Positions 23,268-33,440 of a stretch of 64,000 nucleotides of DNA are shown here, piece by piece. This DNA is from Thermodesulfobacteriota bacterium. GTDB taxonomy: Bacteria > Desulfobacterota_D > UBA1144 > Nemesobacterales > UBA2774. Position numbers and translations under genes: made by a program. A model generated the notes under the pieces. That model saw only the letters and a list, made by a program, of their open reading frames with translations. It was not told the origin of the DNA and did no database searches. The stretch is from assembly GCA_963422265.1 (NCBI GenBank), contig OY729416.1:64001-128000 (forward strand). The letters run 5' to 3'. Position 1 is the first letter of the stretch; every line of letters starts with the position of its first letter.

Positions 23268-24557
23268 ATGACTTCCCAGCTTTCAAAATCTAAAAGATTA
23301 TACGACAATGCCAGGAGATTGATGCCCGGGGGCGTAAATAGTCCCGTAAGGTCATTTAACGCTGTGGGGGGGACCCCGGTTTTCATCTCCAAATCCAAGG
23401 GTGCTTATCTATATGACGAAGACGGCAACAAATACATTGACTATATGTCCTCTTGGGGTCCCCTTATTTTAGGGCATTCGGATCGAGACGTGGTAAGGGC
23501 GGTGAAAGCCGCAGCGGAAAGGGGAACAAGCTACGGCGCGCCATGCGAGAGTGAAGTATCCCTTGCGAGGCTTATAATCCAGGCTTTTCCTTCTATAGAC
23601 ATGGTTAGGATGACCAGCTCAGGCACGGAAGCCACCATGAGTGGGGTGCGGCTTGCTAGGGCTTTCACTAATAGAGACTATATCGTTAAATTTGAGGGTT
23701 GTTACCACGGACACGCGGATTATCTATTGGTCAAAGCAGGTTCGGGTGCTACCACGCTTGGGACGCCAAGCAGCCCTGGCGTGCCAAAATCCTTCACCAA
23801 CAAAACGCTCTTGGCAAAATACAATGACGCTAGTTCGGTTGAAAAACTATTTAAGAGATACGAGGGCAAAATCGCCGCTATCATAATCGAGCCTGTAGCT
23901 GGCAACATGGGAGTCGTAACCCCTAAAGAGGGGTTCCTAGAGCACCTTAGAAAAATAACTGAAGACGCTGGTACCCTTTTAATATTTGACGAAGTTATCA
24001 CCGGTTTCAGATTGGGAATCGGCGGGGCTCAAAACAGATTCGGGATAACGCCAGACATTACGTGCCTTGGCAAAATAATAGGGGGTGGGTTGCCAGTGGG
24101 CGCCTTTGGAGGAAGAAGGGAAATAATGAACATGGTTGCGCCCGTAGGTCCAACCTATCAGGCTGGCACGCTGTCGGGAAACCCTCTGTCAATGGCGGCG
24201 GGCTTGGCTACACTTGCCAAACTAAGCCAAAAGGGAAGCTATGAAAGGCTAAAGAAAATGACGGAAGGGCTGATACACGGACTTAGAGATATTATAAAAA
24301 CCCTAGGACTAAAAGCTAAAATAAACTCTATAGAATCCATGTTTACGCTTTTTTTCGTCGATGTCGAGCCGTTTGACTACAAGACGGCACTGAGGAGCAA
24401 TACAAAAATGTATGCGAAATTTTTTGAGAATTTGTTGATCGCTGGTATTATGTTTCCGCCTTCTCAGTTCGAGGCGGTGTTTATTTCAGTCGCCCACACG
24501 GAGAAGGATATTAATAAAACCCTCGAAGCTTCTTATAAGGCTCTTAAAAATATGTGA
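23268..24557 (+). CDS. hemL: Glutamate-1-semialdehyde 2,1-aminomutase
   Basis: PGGVNSPVR, SSGTEAT, FEGCYHGH, FDEVITGFR, GKIIGGG, YQAGTLSGNP. Confidence 0.98.
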   Translation: MTSQLSKSKRLYDNARRLMPGGVNSPVRSFNAVGGTPVFISKSKGAYLYDEDGNKYIDYMSSWGPLILGHSDRDVVRAVKAAAERGTSYGAPCESEVSLARLIIQAFPSIDMVRMTSSGTEATMSGVRLARAFTNRDYIVKFEGCYHGHADYLLVKAGSGATTLGTPSSPGVPKSFTNKTLLAKYNDASSVEKLFKRYEGKIAAIIIEPVAGNMGVVTPKEGFLEHLRKITEDAGTLLIFDEVITGFRLGIGGAQNRFGITPDITCLGKIIGGGLPVGAFGGRREIMNMVAPVGPTYQAGTLSGNPLSMAAGLATLAKLSQKGSYERLKKMTEGLIHGLRDIIKTLGLKAKINSIESMFTLFFVDVEPFDYKTALRSNTKMYAKFFENLLIAGIMFPPSQFEAVFISVAHTEKDINKTLEASYKALKNM

Positions 24558-24959
24558 GCAATTTATAGGTTAGTGGGTGATGTATCAAAAGACGACATTC
24601 TAAAACAAATTGGAACGGCAAGTGCAGGCGACAAAGCCAAGTGCAGGTGACAAAGTAAGGAGTAGGAGAAGACGGTGCAAGAGGCAGAAGATGACAAAGA
24701 ATAACAATCGTCACCACTATGAAAATTGTGACTCAGCCGTGATCAAGGGGATGGACAGGGTGAGCTAGAATGAGACGTAGGCAGGGTTTTAACAACTTTC
24801 CTGTAAAAACGGATTAGGCATTAAGGCTGCTTGATTGAGTTACTCCTCGGATTGAGGTGTTGGAGAAGTGTTGAATTGGAGAAGAATTGAAGAGGTATAT
24901 AACAGGTTAAAAAGCAAAACAATTACAAGTGGCTTACGCTGCTCGCCCTAGCATTCGAG

Positions 24960-25127
24960 ATGGGGTTTTCAGTCGTTGCTGGAATAATTCTCGGACGCTA
25001 CGTTGATAAATGGGTAGTAGGAACGGAGACGACGACACATTGGTTTACCCTATTGGGGCTTGTGGTGGGTTCCGCAGCGGGTTTTAGCTTTTTAATAAGA
25101 ACCATCAAGGGATTAAATAAAGATTAA
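24960..25127 (+). CDS. AtpZ/AtpI-like small membrane protein (first gene of the atp cluster; start uncertain)
   Basis: Manual translation MGFSVVAGIILGRYVDKW...WFTLLGLVVGSAAGF, typical of the ATPase gene-1 family; below the ORF-track size cutoff. Confidence 0.75.
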   Translation: MGFSVVAGIILGRYVDKWVVGTETTTHWFTLLGLVVGSAAGFSFLIRTIKGLNKD

Positions 25128-25194
25128 CACACAGAGCATCTACACGGGTGCGACAAGATAGTAAAGAAACGGCAAGTAAGATAGTCTCATAAAG

Positions 25195-25572
25195 ATGGAT
25201 AGTAGCAAGCTAATTAATATACCAAGGCTCGGAGGAGTAGAAAAAGGAAGTATTGCCGTAACGGCAATACTGTTTGCCTTAGGTTACTTAATGGGTTTTA
25301 AGGATCTTGCCGTCGGGATCGCGGCTGGGGGCGTATTATTTACGGCGAATTTCGTAGTTATAGGATTTATAGTGACGACAATTATTACAAAATCTTATCC
25401 TACGAGCTTCGGTATTTTCGTCCTTGTTGTAAAGATGGCTATCCTCATAGCCATTGCGGCTTGCACGTTCATTTTTGCGAAGGTTAATCTCTACGGATTC
25501 TTTATAGGAATAACGGGTGTTGTGATAGTAATCATAGGAGAAAGTTTGCGGGCAGTGTCCACAGACAAGTAA
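25195..25572 (+). CDS. atpI: ATP synthase subunit I
   Basis: Four hydrophobic segments, directly upstream of atpB. Confidence 0.7.
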   Translation: MDSSKLINIPRLGGVEKGSIAVTAILFALGYLMGFKDLAVGIAAGGVLFTANFVVIGFIVTTIITKSYPTSFGIFVLVVKMAILIAIAACTFIFAKVNLYGFFIGITGVVIVIIGESLRAVSTDK

Positions 25573-25589
25573 AAAGAGAGGAAGCGGAT

Positions 25590-26285
25590 ATGGAACACTT
25601 TAGCTGGTTCACGTTGATTGGATTAGGGCAATACGATTACATTTTAGGTTCGCTTTTAGTTCTAACTTTATTGCTGCTTGCAGGAATAAAGATAAGAGGC
25701 GCTCTCTCCAGATCAGGTTCAGTTCTTCCTGATGAAAAGCTTTCGGTTAACAATATCTTTGAAATGCTAACTATCGACTTTTTGTTCGATCTCTTTGCGA
25801 ACGTGCTGGGATCAAGAGAAAAGGCTAAAAGATACTTTCCCCTGCTGGGAGGCTCTTTCTTTTTTATAATGTTCGCAAACTTGCTTGGTATGGTGCCGGG
25901 CTTCCTGCCTCCAACGGGCAACATAAACGTAGCGGCGGCTTGCGGCTTGGTGATCTTCATCATGTATAACTACTATGGGTTTAAAGAGAACGGCTTAGGC
26001 TACGTCAAGCACTTTGCGGGCCCCGTTATTTTTCTGGCGCCCTTAATGTTCATAATAGAGTTGATAAGCCATTTCGTCAGGCCGGTTTCCCTTTCGCTGA
26101 GGCTGTTTATGAATATAACAGGAGACCATATGGTGCTCGGAGTTTTCACCAACTTGGTGCACTACGTAATCCCTGTTATCTTCGTGGGGCTTGGTATCTT
26201 CGTATCCTTGCTGCAAGCGTTTATCTTTACTGTTCTCTCAGCTATCTACATATCTCTTGCGACGGCTCACGAGACGGAGCACTAA
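25590..26285 (+). CDS. atpB: F0F1 ATP synthase subunit a
   Basis: FANLLGMVP, PPTGNIN, RPVSLSLRLFMN, LQAFIF. Confidence 0.97.
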   Translation: MEHFSWFTLIGLGQYDYILGSLLVLTLLLLAGIKIRGALSRSGSVLPDEKLSVNNIFEMLTIDFLFDLFANVLGSREKAKRYFPLLGGSFFFIMFANLLGMVPGFLPPTGNINVAAACGLVIFIMYNYYGFKENGLGYVKHFAGPVIFLAPLMFIIELISHFVRPVSLSLRLFMNITGDHMVLGVFTNLVHYVIPVIFVGLGIFVSLLQAFIFTVLSAIYISLATAHETEH

Positions 26286-26354
26286 ACACAAGTATTACCC
26301 AACGATGATTATTCATTTAATAGATAAATATCAACTAGTTAAAGGAGGTAGGAA

Positions 26355-26687
26355 ATGAAAAAGGCTCTTTACACGCTTTCTATATTTGTGGTTGCGGCGT
26401 TAGCCGCCTTTTCCCCAGAAGTGGCGTTAGCTGCCGAAGGCGGCAGCGATCTTACCAAGCTAGGGCTTGCTATAGGTGCTGGCTTGGGTGGCTTGGGAAT
26501 CGGCATCGCAGCAGGATTCGCCGGAATGGGGCAGGGACGAGCCACAGCGGCGGCATTGAGTGGAATAGCAAGGAACCCTGGTGCAAGCTCTAAAATTCTT
26601 ACGCCGATGATTATCGGGCTTGCTCTTATAGAGTCCCTTGTTATTTACGCTCTTCTCATAGCATTTTTGCTTCAAGGAAAAATCTAA
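26355..26687 (+). CDS. atpE: F0F1 ATP synthase subunit c with an N-terminal extension
   Basis: GMGQG, ARNPG, IESLVIY; strong SD AAGGAGGT. Confidence 0.97.
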   Translation: MKKALYTLSIFVVAALAAFSPEVALAAEGGSDLTKLGLAIGAGLGGLGIGIAAGFAGMGQGRATAAALSGIARNPGASSKILTPMIIGLALIESLVIYALLIAFLLQGKI

Positions 26688-26714
26688 CCCGATTGTAGAA
26701 CAGGGTGTGCAGGA

Positions 26715-26769
26715 TAAAAGGCGTTTGAGGGGGTTTTTCGCTAAAAAAGTCCCCTCATTCCGCTTTTAT
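26715..26769 (+). terminator. Hairpin terminator after atpE
   Basis: ATAAAAGGCG..TGAGGGG / CCCCTCA..CGCTTTTAT inverted repeat. Confidence 0.6.
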
Positions 26770-26946
26770 GTGCTCCTGTAAATGAAGATAGATAAAAGCA
26801 AATCCTGCAGGCGACAATATAATGTCATTCTCTAAACCACGTCCCCGAATCTCGTCTCATCTATAGGTGATTCTTGTGGTTGCCCATCCTCCTTGCGTTC
26901 ACATGCGTCCATCTGCAGATAATAACCAGATAAGGAGACCCGCCAG

Positions 26947-28149
26947 TTGAGTTTTAAAAATCCCGAGGAGCAAATTCAAGCCGTTAGGCGGGGTATAGAA
27001 GAAATAATTCCGGAACAAGAGTTGATTCTCAAACTTAGGAAATCAAAAGAGCAAAATCGCCCTCTTAGGATAAAAGCCGGGTTTGATCCGACTGCGCCGG
27101 ATATTCATCTGGGGCATTGCGTGCTATTAAAAAAGCTAAGGGAGTTTCAGAATCTAGGTCACGTCGTTCTCCTTCTCATAGGAGATTTCACTGCCATGAT
27201 AGGCGATCCTTCCGAAAGATCTGAAACAAGACCTACCCTTTCCGAAGCCGACGTTAAGCGAAACGCCGAAACTTATGAAAGACAGGTGTTTAAGATTCTA
27301 GACCGAGATAAAACTGAGGTCTTATTCAACTCAACGTGGCTTAGAAAAATGAGTGCCGCTGAGTTGCTTGGACTAGGGTCGCTCGAGAACGTTGCGAGGA
27401 TGATAGAGCGAGACGATTTTAATAAACGCTACAAAGCGGGAATCCCCATCGCCATTAACGAGTTCCTTTATCCCCTACTACAAGCTTATGACTCCGTTAA
27501 TATGAAAGCTGATATAGAGTTCGGTGGATCAGACCAAAAGTTCAACGTCCTTTTAGGACGCAGCGTGCAAAGGCATTTCAATCAGGAGCCACAGGTTGTG
27601 ATTCTTCTTCCCATACTCGAAGGTCTCGATGGTGTTAGAAAAATGTCTAAGTCCCTGAATAACTATATTGCCGTTGAGGATAGCCCAGTGGATATGTTCG
27701 GCAAGATTATGTCCGTCTCAGACGACCTTATGTGGAGATACTACGAGCTTCTATCCTTTCGCACGGACAGGGAAATAGAGAAGCTAAGGAATGATCATCC
27801 AATGGAGGTAAAGAAAGAACTCGCGTTAGAGCTTACTGGTTGGCTCTGCGGCGAAAAGGAAGCCACAAAGGCTCTTGAGGACTTTAATACGAAATTCTCC
27901 ACGAGGGAGTTCCCTCAAGATGCCAGACAGGTATTTATAAGTAGAGATTCAATTAACACGCTATTAGATTTGGTCACTAAGTCTTCTACAAAATTAAAAA
28001 CCCGATCTCAAGCAAAAAGGTTAGCTCTGCAGGGAGCGGTAAGCATTGACGGCGAGAAGGTAACCGACATTAACGCTCCCCTACCTAAAGAGAACAGCTT
28101 TCAATTGAGAATAGGCAAGAAGGAATTCGTTTCAATAAAAATACAATAG
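26947..28149 (+). CDS. tyrS: Tyrosine--tRNA ligase
   Basis: [26 protein letters not shown] and a C-terminal S4 domain. Confidence 0.98.
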   Translation: MSFKNPEEQIQAVRRGIEEIIPEQELILKLRKSKEQNRPLRIKAGFDPTAPDIHLGHCVLLKKLREFQNLGHVVLLLIGDFTAMIGDPSERSETRPTLSEADVKRNAETYERQVFKILDRDKTEVLFNSTWLRKMSAAELLGLGSLENVARMIERDDFNKRYKAGIPIAINEFLYPLLQAYDSVNMKADIEFGGSDQKFNVLLGRSVQRHFNQEPQVVILLPILEGLDGVRKMSKSLNNYIAVEDSPVDMFGKIMSVSDDLMWRYYELLSFRTDREIEKLRNDHPMEVKKELALELTGWLCGEKEATKALEDFNTKFSTREFPQDARQVFISRDSINTLLDLVTKSSTKLKTRSQAKRLALQGAVSIDGEKVTDINAPLPKENSFQLRIGKKEFVSIKIQ

Positions 28150-28555
28150 AAGCAAGCAAGCCTATAAGCCGAATTCTGTCGTGGACAATCATTCATCTGG
28201 GACGTTCATTTCTGAACGCCTCTAGCGACATACCCTGAGGCGTTAGACGGGCAGCCATATTTTTCCATAGCGAAAAAGTACCTCTCTATTTTGTCTTTCT
28301 CCGAGTGGGGTTTGCCGTGCCGCGGTTTGTTGCCAACCCGCGCGGTAGTCTCTTACACTACCTTTTCACCCTTACCAGCTTTATCTATCTACGGAAGTTA
28401 TCCGCTTAGAAAAGCTTAGGCGGTTTGTTTTCTGTGGCACTTTCCGTCATCTCACGATGCCTGGGCGTTACCCAGCACCCTGCCCTGCGGAGTTCGGACT
28501 TTCCTCTATCTCATGCACAAGGCACGAAACAGCGATTGCCCAGCCTGCTCGCTCC
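28149..28555 (-). ncRNA. rnpB: RNase P RNA (type A)
   Basis: Minus strand carries GAGGAAAGTCCGAACTC and ACAGAATTCGGCTTA, with complementary P1 termini; lies directly downstream of rnhA. Confidence 0.95.
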
Positions 28556-28557
28556 TA

Positions 28558-29001
28558 CTATGAAAGATATTCATCAATAGCAATGTTTGCAAGTCTGTCG
28601 GCTTCCCGATTTTGCTCCCTCGGGACGTGCCGGAGCGTAATTTGTTTGAAATCGCGCAGCATCTTCTTCGCCCTATCGTTCAGCTTAGCGATATTGGGAT
28701 GGCGCACCTTCCACTTCCCATTTATCTGGTTGGCTACCAAAAGCGAGTCAGTATAAATGTTTACCTTATCACCTTTGAATTTCGCCGCGTATTCAAGAGC
28801 TGTGATGAGAGCCCTGTATTCAGCCTGATTATTAGTTCCGACGCCGGTGTATTTTTTGATTAAGGTGGGTTTGGACGTATCCTCTAGCTGAACAGCGACA
28901 GCAGGAACGTGCTTTATCAGAATGCCAATCCCTGAATCACCCGGATTCCCCCTTGACGCCCCGTCTATATAAATCTCCACGGTCTTTTGGGATTGTAGCA
29001 T
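28558..29001 (-). CDS. rnhA: Ribonuclease HI
   Basis: YIDGASRGNPG, TNNQAEY, TDS, HVPREQNREADRLAN. Confidence 0.95.
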   Translation of the reverse strand: MLQSQKTVEIYIDGASRGNPGDSGIGILIKHVPAVAVQLEDTSKPTLIKKYTGVGTNNQAEYRALITALEYAAKFKGDKVNIYTDSLLVANQINGKWKVRHPNIAKLNDRAKKMLRDFKQITLRHVPREQNREADRLANIAIDEYLS

Positions 29002-29082
29002 CTCCGTTTATCCTTTTGTAGATACTGTGGGATGGAACTGCGCATCAATCATTTCACGCCAAATTGTTTTTCTCTCCAATGT

Positions 29083-29796
29083 CTAACTTTTGGGCTCATC
29101 TTTGCTATACAAGATTTTTTGGCAGTTAGGACATTGAATTATCCTTGAAAGGGTAAGCACTTCGTTAAAGAGTTGAGGCGGTATATTCATATTGCAACCA
29201 CTACATATCTCATTCTCGACATATACTAGAACGGTGCCGTTTCTTCTTCTAATCTTTTCGTATAGAGGTAGAATATCCGCACTTATCTGTGAGGCAACCC
29301 TCTCTTTCTCCTCCTTTTTGGGGTGGTAAAGAGCGTTTATGTCTTCTAGTTTTTCCTTAAAGTCCTCAATTTTCAGCCGATAATCCTCTTCCTTCCCAGA
29401 TAGCTCCGTGTTTTCCTCTAAAATTTTAGCCTCTAGCTTCTCAATATTGTCCATTTTCTCAAGAAGCTCTTCCTCAAGCTCCGAGTTCATTTTTTTCGCT
29501 TCCACTATCTCCCTTTGAAGGGCTACATATTCTTTATAGGTCTTTATTTCAAAGAGCTTCTCTTCAGACTTCTTTACTATGTCATCGTTACAAGCGATCT
29601 GCTCCTCTAGGTCGGATTTGTCCTTTGCTAGTTCCTCTTTTTGGTTATTTAATTCCGCTAAAAGATCCTTTTTAGTTTGCAACTCCTCTTCATACGCTGA
29701 TATCTTTTGGGGGTATTCATTTCTATTATCTTCTAACTCTCCAAGCTCCATATCTATCTTTTGGAGCTGTTCGAGAATCAAGATCTGCTCTCTCAC
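29083..29796 (-). CDS. Coiled-coil protein with C4 zinc ribbon (DUF164 / CT398-like)
   Basis: LQKID N-terminus, long coiled coil, CSGC...CPNC; typical position upstream of rnhA-rnpB. Confidence 0.9.
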   Translation of the reverse strand: MREQILILEQLQKIDMELGELEDNRNEYPQKISAYEEELQTKKDLLAELNNQKEELAKDKSDLEEQIACNDDIVKKSEEKLFEIKTYKEYVALQREIVEAKKMNSELEEELLEKMDNIEKLEAKILEENTELSGKEEDYRLKIEDFKEKLEDINALYHPKKEEKERVASQISADILPLYEKIRRRNGTVLVYVENEICSGCNMNIPPQLFNEVLTLSRIIQCPNCQKILYSKDEPKS

Positions 29797-29930
29797 CCTT
29801 GCCTCCTTTTTAATTTGCTTTTTGGGTAAATTGGAAACTGAGACGTTACGGGATATTTAGACATCTTAAGCATATAGGTAAAAATCCCTTGATAAAAAGC
29901 CTTCAGAAGACCTTTCGGCAAAATTTATTT

Positions 29931-30004
29931 TGGGCCCACCCGGACTCGAACCAGGGACCAACGGATTATGAGTCCGCCGCTCTAACCAACTGAGCTATGG
30001 GCCC
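29931..30004 (-). tRNA. tRNA with CAT anticodon, probably tRNA-Ile2 (lysidine type)
   Basis: GGGCCCATAGCTCAG...GCGGA-CTCATAA-TCCGT...GGGCCCA; no initiator GGG/CCC stem and no C1:A72 mismatch. Confidence 0.88.
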
Positions 30005-30029
30005 TAAGAAATTGTCTATTAGAGCATAT

Positions 30030-30058
30030 ATTTTAAATAAAAAAAGCACCCTTGTCAA
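30030..30058 (-). promoter_or_regulatory. sigma70 promoter for the tRNA(CAT)
   Basis: TTGACA-17bp-TAAAAT on the minus strand. Confidence 0.7.
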
Positions 30059-30065
30059 ACGAGGA

Positions 30066-31103
30066 CTATCTTAGAGTGAGAAGGGTCTTTGAGAACGGGC
30101 TTTGGACAATTCCTCTCTCGGTAATAATAGCGGTTACGTTCTCATTTGGTGTTATGTCAAACGAGGGGTTAAGAGCATCTACGTCGTCGGGGGCTATTTT
30201 TTTGCCCGATATATGCGTAACCTCGCTTGCGTTCCTCTCTTCTATCGGTATATCATTACCATCAGGACATTTATAGTCAATAGTGGAAACGGGGGCAGCA
30301 ACGTAAAATGGTATTCCATGAGCTTTTGCAAGCACGGAAATAGAGTAAGTGCCTATCTTATTAGCTACGTCACCGTTGCTGGCTATCCTATCTGCCCCTA
30401 CAACCACGGCGTCTATCGTCCCCTTGCTCATTACGTGTCCGACCATGCCATCCGTTATCAGCAACACTGATATACCGTCTTTGTCCAGCTCCCAGGCGGT
30501 TAATCTGGCACCCTGGAGGAAGGGTCTCGTCTCGGTCGCTATTACTTTAACGTTTTTGCCCGCCCCATTCGCAGCCCTTATAACGCCCAGAGCGGTGCCA
30601 TAGCCCGCCGTAGCAAGTGCCCCGGCGTTACAATGAGTCAGCAACACGGAATTATTCTCTATCAGATGCGCGCCGAGCCTGCCCAGGTTTTTACACGAAT
30701 CTATATCTTCCCGTAAAATGGCGCTAGCTTCTTTTATTAAATCTTCCTTAATGTCCTCCATACTTTTATTTCGACTTGTATAAAGCGTCTGGAGCATCCT
30801 TTTCGCCGCCCAAAACAGATTGACCGCAGTAGGTCGCGTAGCCTGCATAGCCTCGACAATTTCCCTAATCTGAATTATAAGATGGGCTTTGTCCCTTGTA
30901 TTAATCTTACAGGCGCCAAGCGCTATACCCATAGCGGCAGCGACGCCTATAGCTGGCGCCCCCCTGATTATCATAGATTTAATGGCTTCCGCCACGTCTT
31001 CATAAGTCTCGCAGACAACGTAAACTTCCTCATTGGGAAGCTTTGTTTGGTCTAATATGACAACTTTATCGCCTTGCCACTCAATCGTTTTGAATGAAGA
31101 CAT
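30066..31103 (-). CDS. mtnA: S-methyl-5-thioribose-1-phosphate isomerase
   Basis: IRGAPAIG, RPTAVNL, THCNAGALAT, ETRPFLQGARLT, ANKIGT. Confidence 0.98.
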   Translation of the reverse strand: MSSFKTIEWQGDKVVILDQTKLPNEEVYVVCETYEDVAEAIKSMIIRGAPAIGVAAAMGIALGACKINTRDKAHLIIQIREIVEAMQATRPTAVNLFWAAKRMLQTLYTSRNKSMEDIKEDLIKEASAILREDIDSCKNLGRLGAHLIENNSVLLTHCNAGALATAGYGTALGVIRAANGAGKNVKVIATETRPFLQGARLTAWELDKDGISVLLITDGMVGHVMSKGTIDAVVVGADRIASNGDVANKIGTYSISVLAKAHGIPFYVAAPVSTIDYKCPDGNDIPIEERNASEVTHISGKKIAPDDVDALNPSFDITPNENVTAIITERGIVQSPFSKTLLTLR

Positions 31104-31112
31104 TACTCCCTC

Positions 31113-32024
31113 TTAATCAGCGGGCAAAAATTCGAGAGCCAGCCAATCGCCTTGCCTTTCCTCTTTATTTAGCTGAAAACCCGCTTTGTCAAGCCCTCTT
31201 AAAGCCTCGTCCCTTCTTATATGCGGTATCCCAGAGACTACTAATTTACCCCTTTCGCCCAACCTAGCTTTGAATTCCCCGCTCATAAGCAAGATCGGTT
31301 CCAAGTAAACATTCGCGACTATAAGCTTGTAACTTCCCCTGACGCTTTGAATGTAACCGCAGAAAAAACTTATTTTGTCCAAAACAGAGTTTTTCCGAGC
31401 GTTTTTTCTCGATTCTCTAACTGCAATCGGGTCTGTATCCAAGCCCGTAACGTTGTTAACCCCTAACCTCGCAGCAGCAATAGATAGAACTCCGCTTCCA
31501 CACCCCACGTCAAGCATACTTTCGACGCCGTGCTCGTCAACCTCCCTTTCTATAGCCTCTATACACAACCTTGTGGTTTCGTGATGCCCAGTCCCAAAAG
31601 CAAGCGACGGATTAATTTCTATGACAACGTCAGGGCTTTGAGGGAAATACCGCTCCCAGGGAGGTATTATCACAACCTTCTTGCCTGCCCTGACCTTTTT
31701 AAGCAAACTTTTCCACACCTGCCAGTGCGAGCGATCAATATGCTGAGCGGTAACAGCACCTACTTTGGCACCTGGAAAATTGCTCTCTAGGAAAATCGCG
31801 TATTCCCTAAGGCTGTTAACTACTTTAGCTAGGTCCGTATCCATTGAGAAATAAGCTGATACTCGATAGTTGCCATCCTCTTTAACGTCTTCCGCCACCC
31901 CTTGGGATTCGAGACCCAGAAGGAAATCCGATACCAAAGGCGTTAAAACTTCTGAGACGTCAAACGTGATTTGTGATAATTTGAGCACCTTATGCTCCCG
32001 TTCCATTTGCTGGAGGGTTGACAA
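31113..32024 (-). CDS. prmA: Ribosomal protein L11 methyltransferase
   Basis: PSLAFGTGHHETT, LDVGCGSGVL, IVAN. Confidence 0.93.
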   Translation of the reverse strand: MSTLQQMEREHKVLKLSQITFDVSEVLTPLVSDFLLGLESQGVAEDVKEDGNYRVSAYFSMDTDLAKVVNSLREYAIFLESNFPGAKVGAVTAQHIDRSHWQVWKSLLKKVRAGKKVVIIPPWERYFPQSPDVVIEINPSLAFGTGHHETTRLCIEAIEREVDEHGVESMLDVGCGSGVLSIAAARLGVNNVTGLDTDPIAVRESRKNARKNSVLDKISFFCGYIQSVRGSYKLIVANVYLEPILLMSGEFKARLGERGKLVVSGIPHIRRDEALRGLDKAGFQLNKEERQGDWLALEFLPAD

Positions 32025-33336
32025 GGACTAATCTCAAATCCATAACGTTGGTATTAGTAGGACCCGTTATCAAAAGGTCGCCGAGTGGCTTGAAGAAGTT
32101 GTAGGAATCGTTTGAGTTTAGATAGCTATGGGCATCTAGGGACAATTTTCTAGCCCTTGGCATTGTAGAGCCTGACGCGATAGCCCCCGCGGCGTCAGTA
32201 GGACCATCAGTACCGTCGGTGCCAGCACTTAGGAAAACAACGTCTCTTAAGCCATCTATGTCAATCGCCGAGGCTAGGGCAAACTCTTGGTTCCTGCCAC
32301 CTTGCCCCCCTCCCTTAATCGTAACGGTCGTCTCTCCCCCCGAAATAACGCATGCAGGAGGAGATATAGGATTTCCAGACAGGATGATTTCCTTTACTAT
32401 AGCACTATGAATCTTGGCTATTTCCCTGGTTTCCCCGTGCACTAGCGTGGACAGTATAATACAGTTATAACCGAGGCTCCGAGCCTTTTCCCTAGCTGCC
32501 CGAACGGCTAGAGAATTGCTTGCGATTATCTCATTCTGAGTGCGAATAAAAGCGGGATCATCCGGCTTAGGGGTTTCCTCAGAGGACGTCCCACGCTTCT
32601 CTATGTATTGGACGATTGATGAAGGCGCGTTGTCCCAGAGCTGGTATCGGTCAATTATAGATATACAGTCCTTGAGAGTATAGGTATCAGCTACGGTAGG
32701 TCCTGACGCTATGACGTCTAGGTTGTCACCGATAACGTCTGAGAGTATGAGTGAGATCAAAGCGGAAGGGTGCGCAAGTTTTGCTAGGCGGCCGCCTTTA
32801 ACTCTTGAGATTCGCTTGCGTATAGCGTTAATTTCATGGATAGTCGCCCCCGAGTCGAGAAGAGCTTTGGTAATCACCTGCTTGTCCCTAAGCGTAATGT
32901 CACCCACTGGAAACGGTAAAAGAGCCGACCCACCACCCGAAATCAGACAGATAACAAGGTCGCTTTCGCCAGTTTTCTCAAGGAGCTCAACTATTTCGCG
33001 CGCCCCCCGCAGTCCCGCCTCGTCGGGCACTGGATGACCAGCCTCGTTTATTTTGACTATCCTGAGCGGAGCCGTGTGCCCATATTTCACGTTTACTATT
33101 CCTGCTGTCAGCTTATTACCAAGAATCTCTTCCACTGCCTGGGACATAGGGGCTGCTGCCTTTCCCGCCCCGACTACGTAAACGTTTTCATAATGCAATA
33201 GATTGTAGGAGCGCCCACGCAAGCGCAACTCGTCGCCTTCCCGTTGCAGGTGCGTTTTAATGGCGTGGTAGGGGTCGACCGCGTCGAGTCCAGCAGAAAA
33301 GATAGCCCTTGCGTCATTCCTAAGTTTATCTTGCAT
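31990..33336 (-). CDS. Glycerate 2-kinase (MOFRL/TtuD family), paralog 2
   Basis: GAGKAA, AGHPVPD, ISGGGSAL, LSDVIGD, GGRNQE, GTDGTDGPT, TNTNVMD. Confidence 0.93.
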   Translation of the reverse strand: MQDKLRNDARAIFSAGLDAVDPYHAIKTHLQREGDELRLRGRSYNLLHYENVYVVGAGKAAAPMSQAVEEILGNKLTAGIVNVKYGHTAPLRIVKINEAGHPVPDEAGLRGAREIVELLEKTGESDLVICLISGGGSALLPFPVGDITLRDKQVITKALLDSGATIHEINAIRKRISRVKGGRLAKLAHPSALISLILSDVIGDNLDVIASGPTVADTYTLKDCISIIDRYQLWDNAPSSIVQYIEKRGTSSEETPKPDDPAFIRTQNEIIASNSLAVRAAREKARSLGYNCIILSTLVHGETREIAKIHSAIVKEIILSGNPISPPACVISGGETTVTIKGGGQGGRNQEFALASAIDIDGLRDVVFLSAGTDGTDGPTDAAGAIASGSTMPRARKLSLDAHSYLNSNDSYNFFKPLGDLLITGPTNTNVMDLRLVLVNPPANGTGA

Positions 33337-33440
33337 CTTGTTAATCAGATTATAACGAGACCACTGTCACTTAACAACAAAGGATAGAAGGTACAAGTTG
33401 ACGCTCAAAGTGCAATTAGTTAATTTGTAAGCGGGATAAC

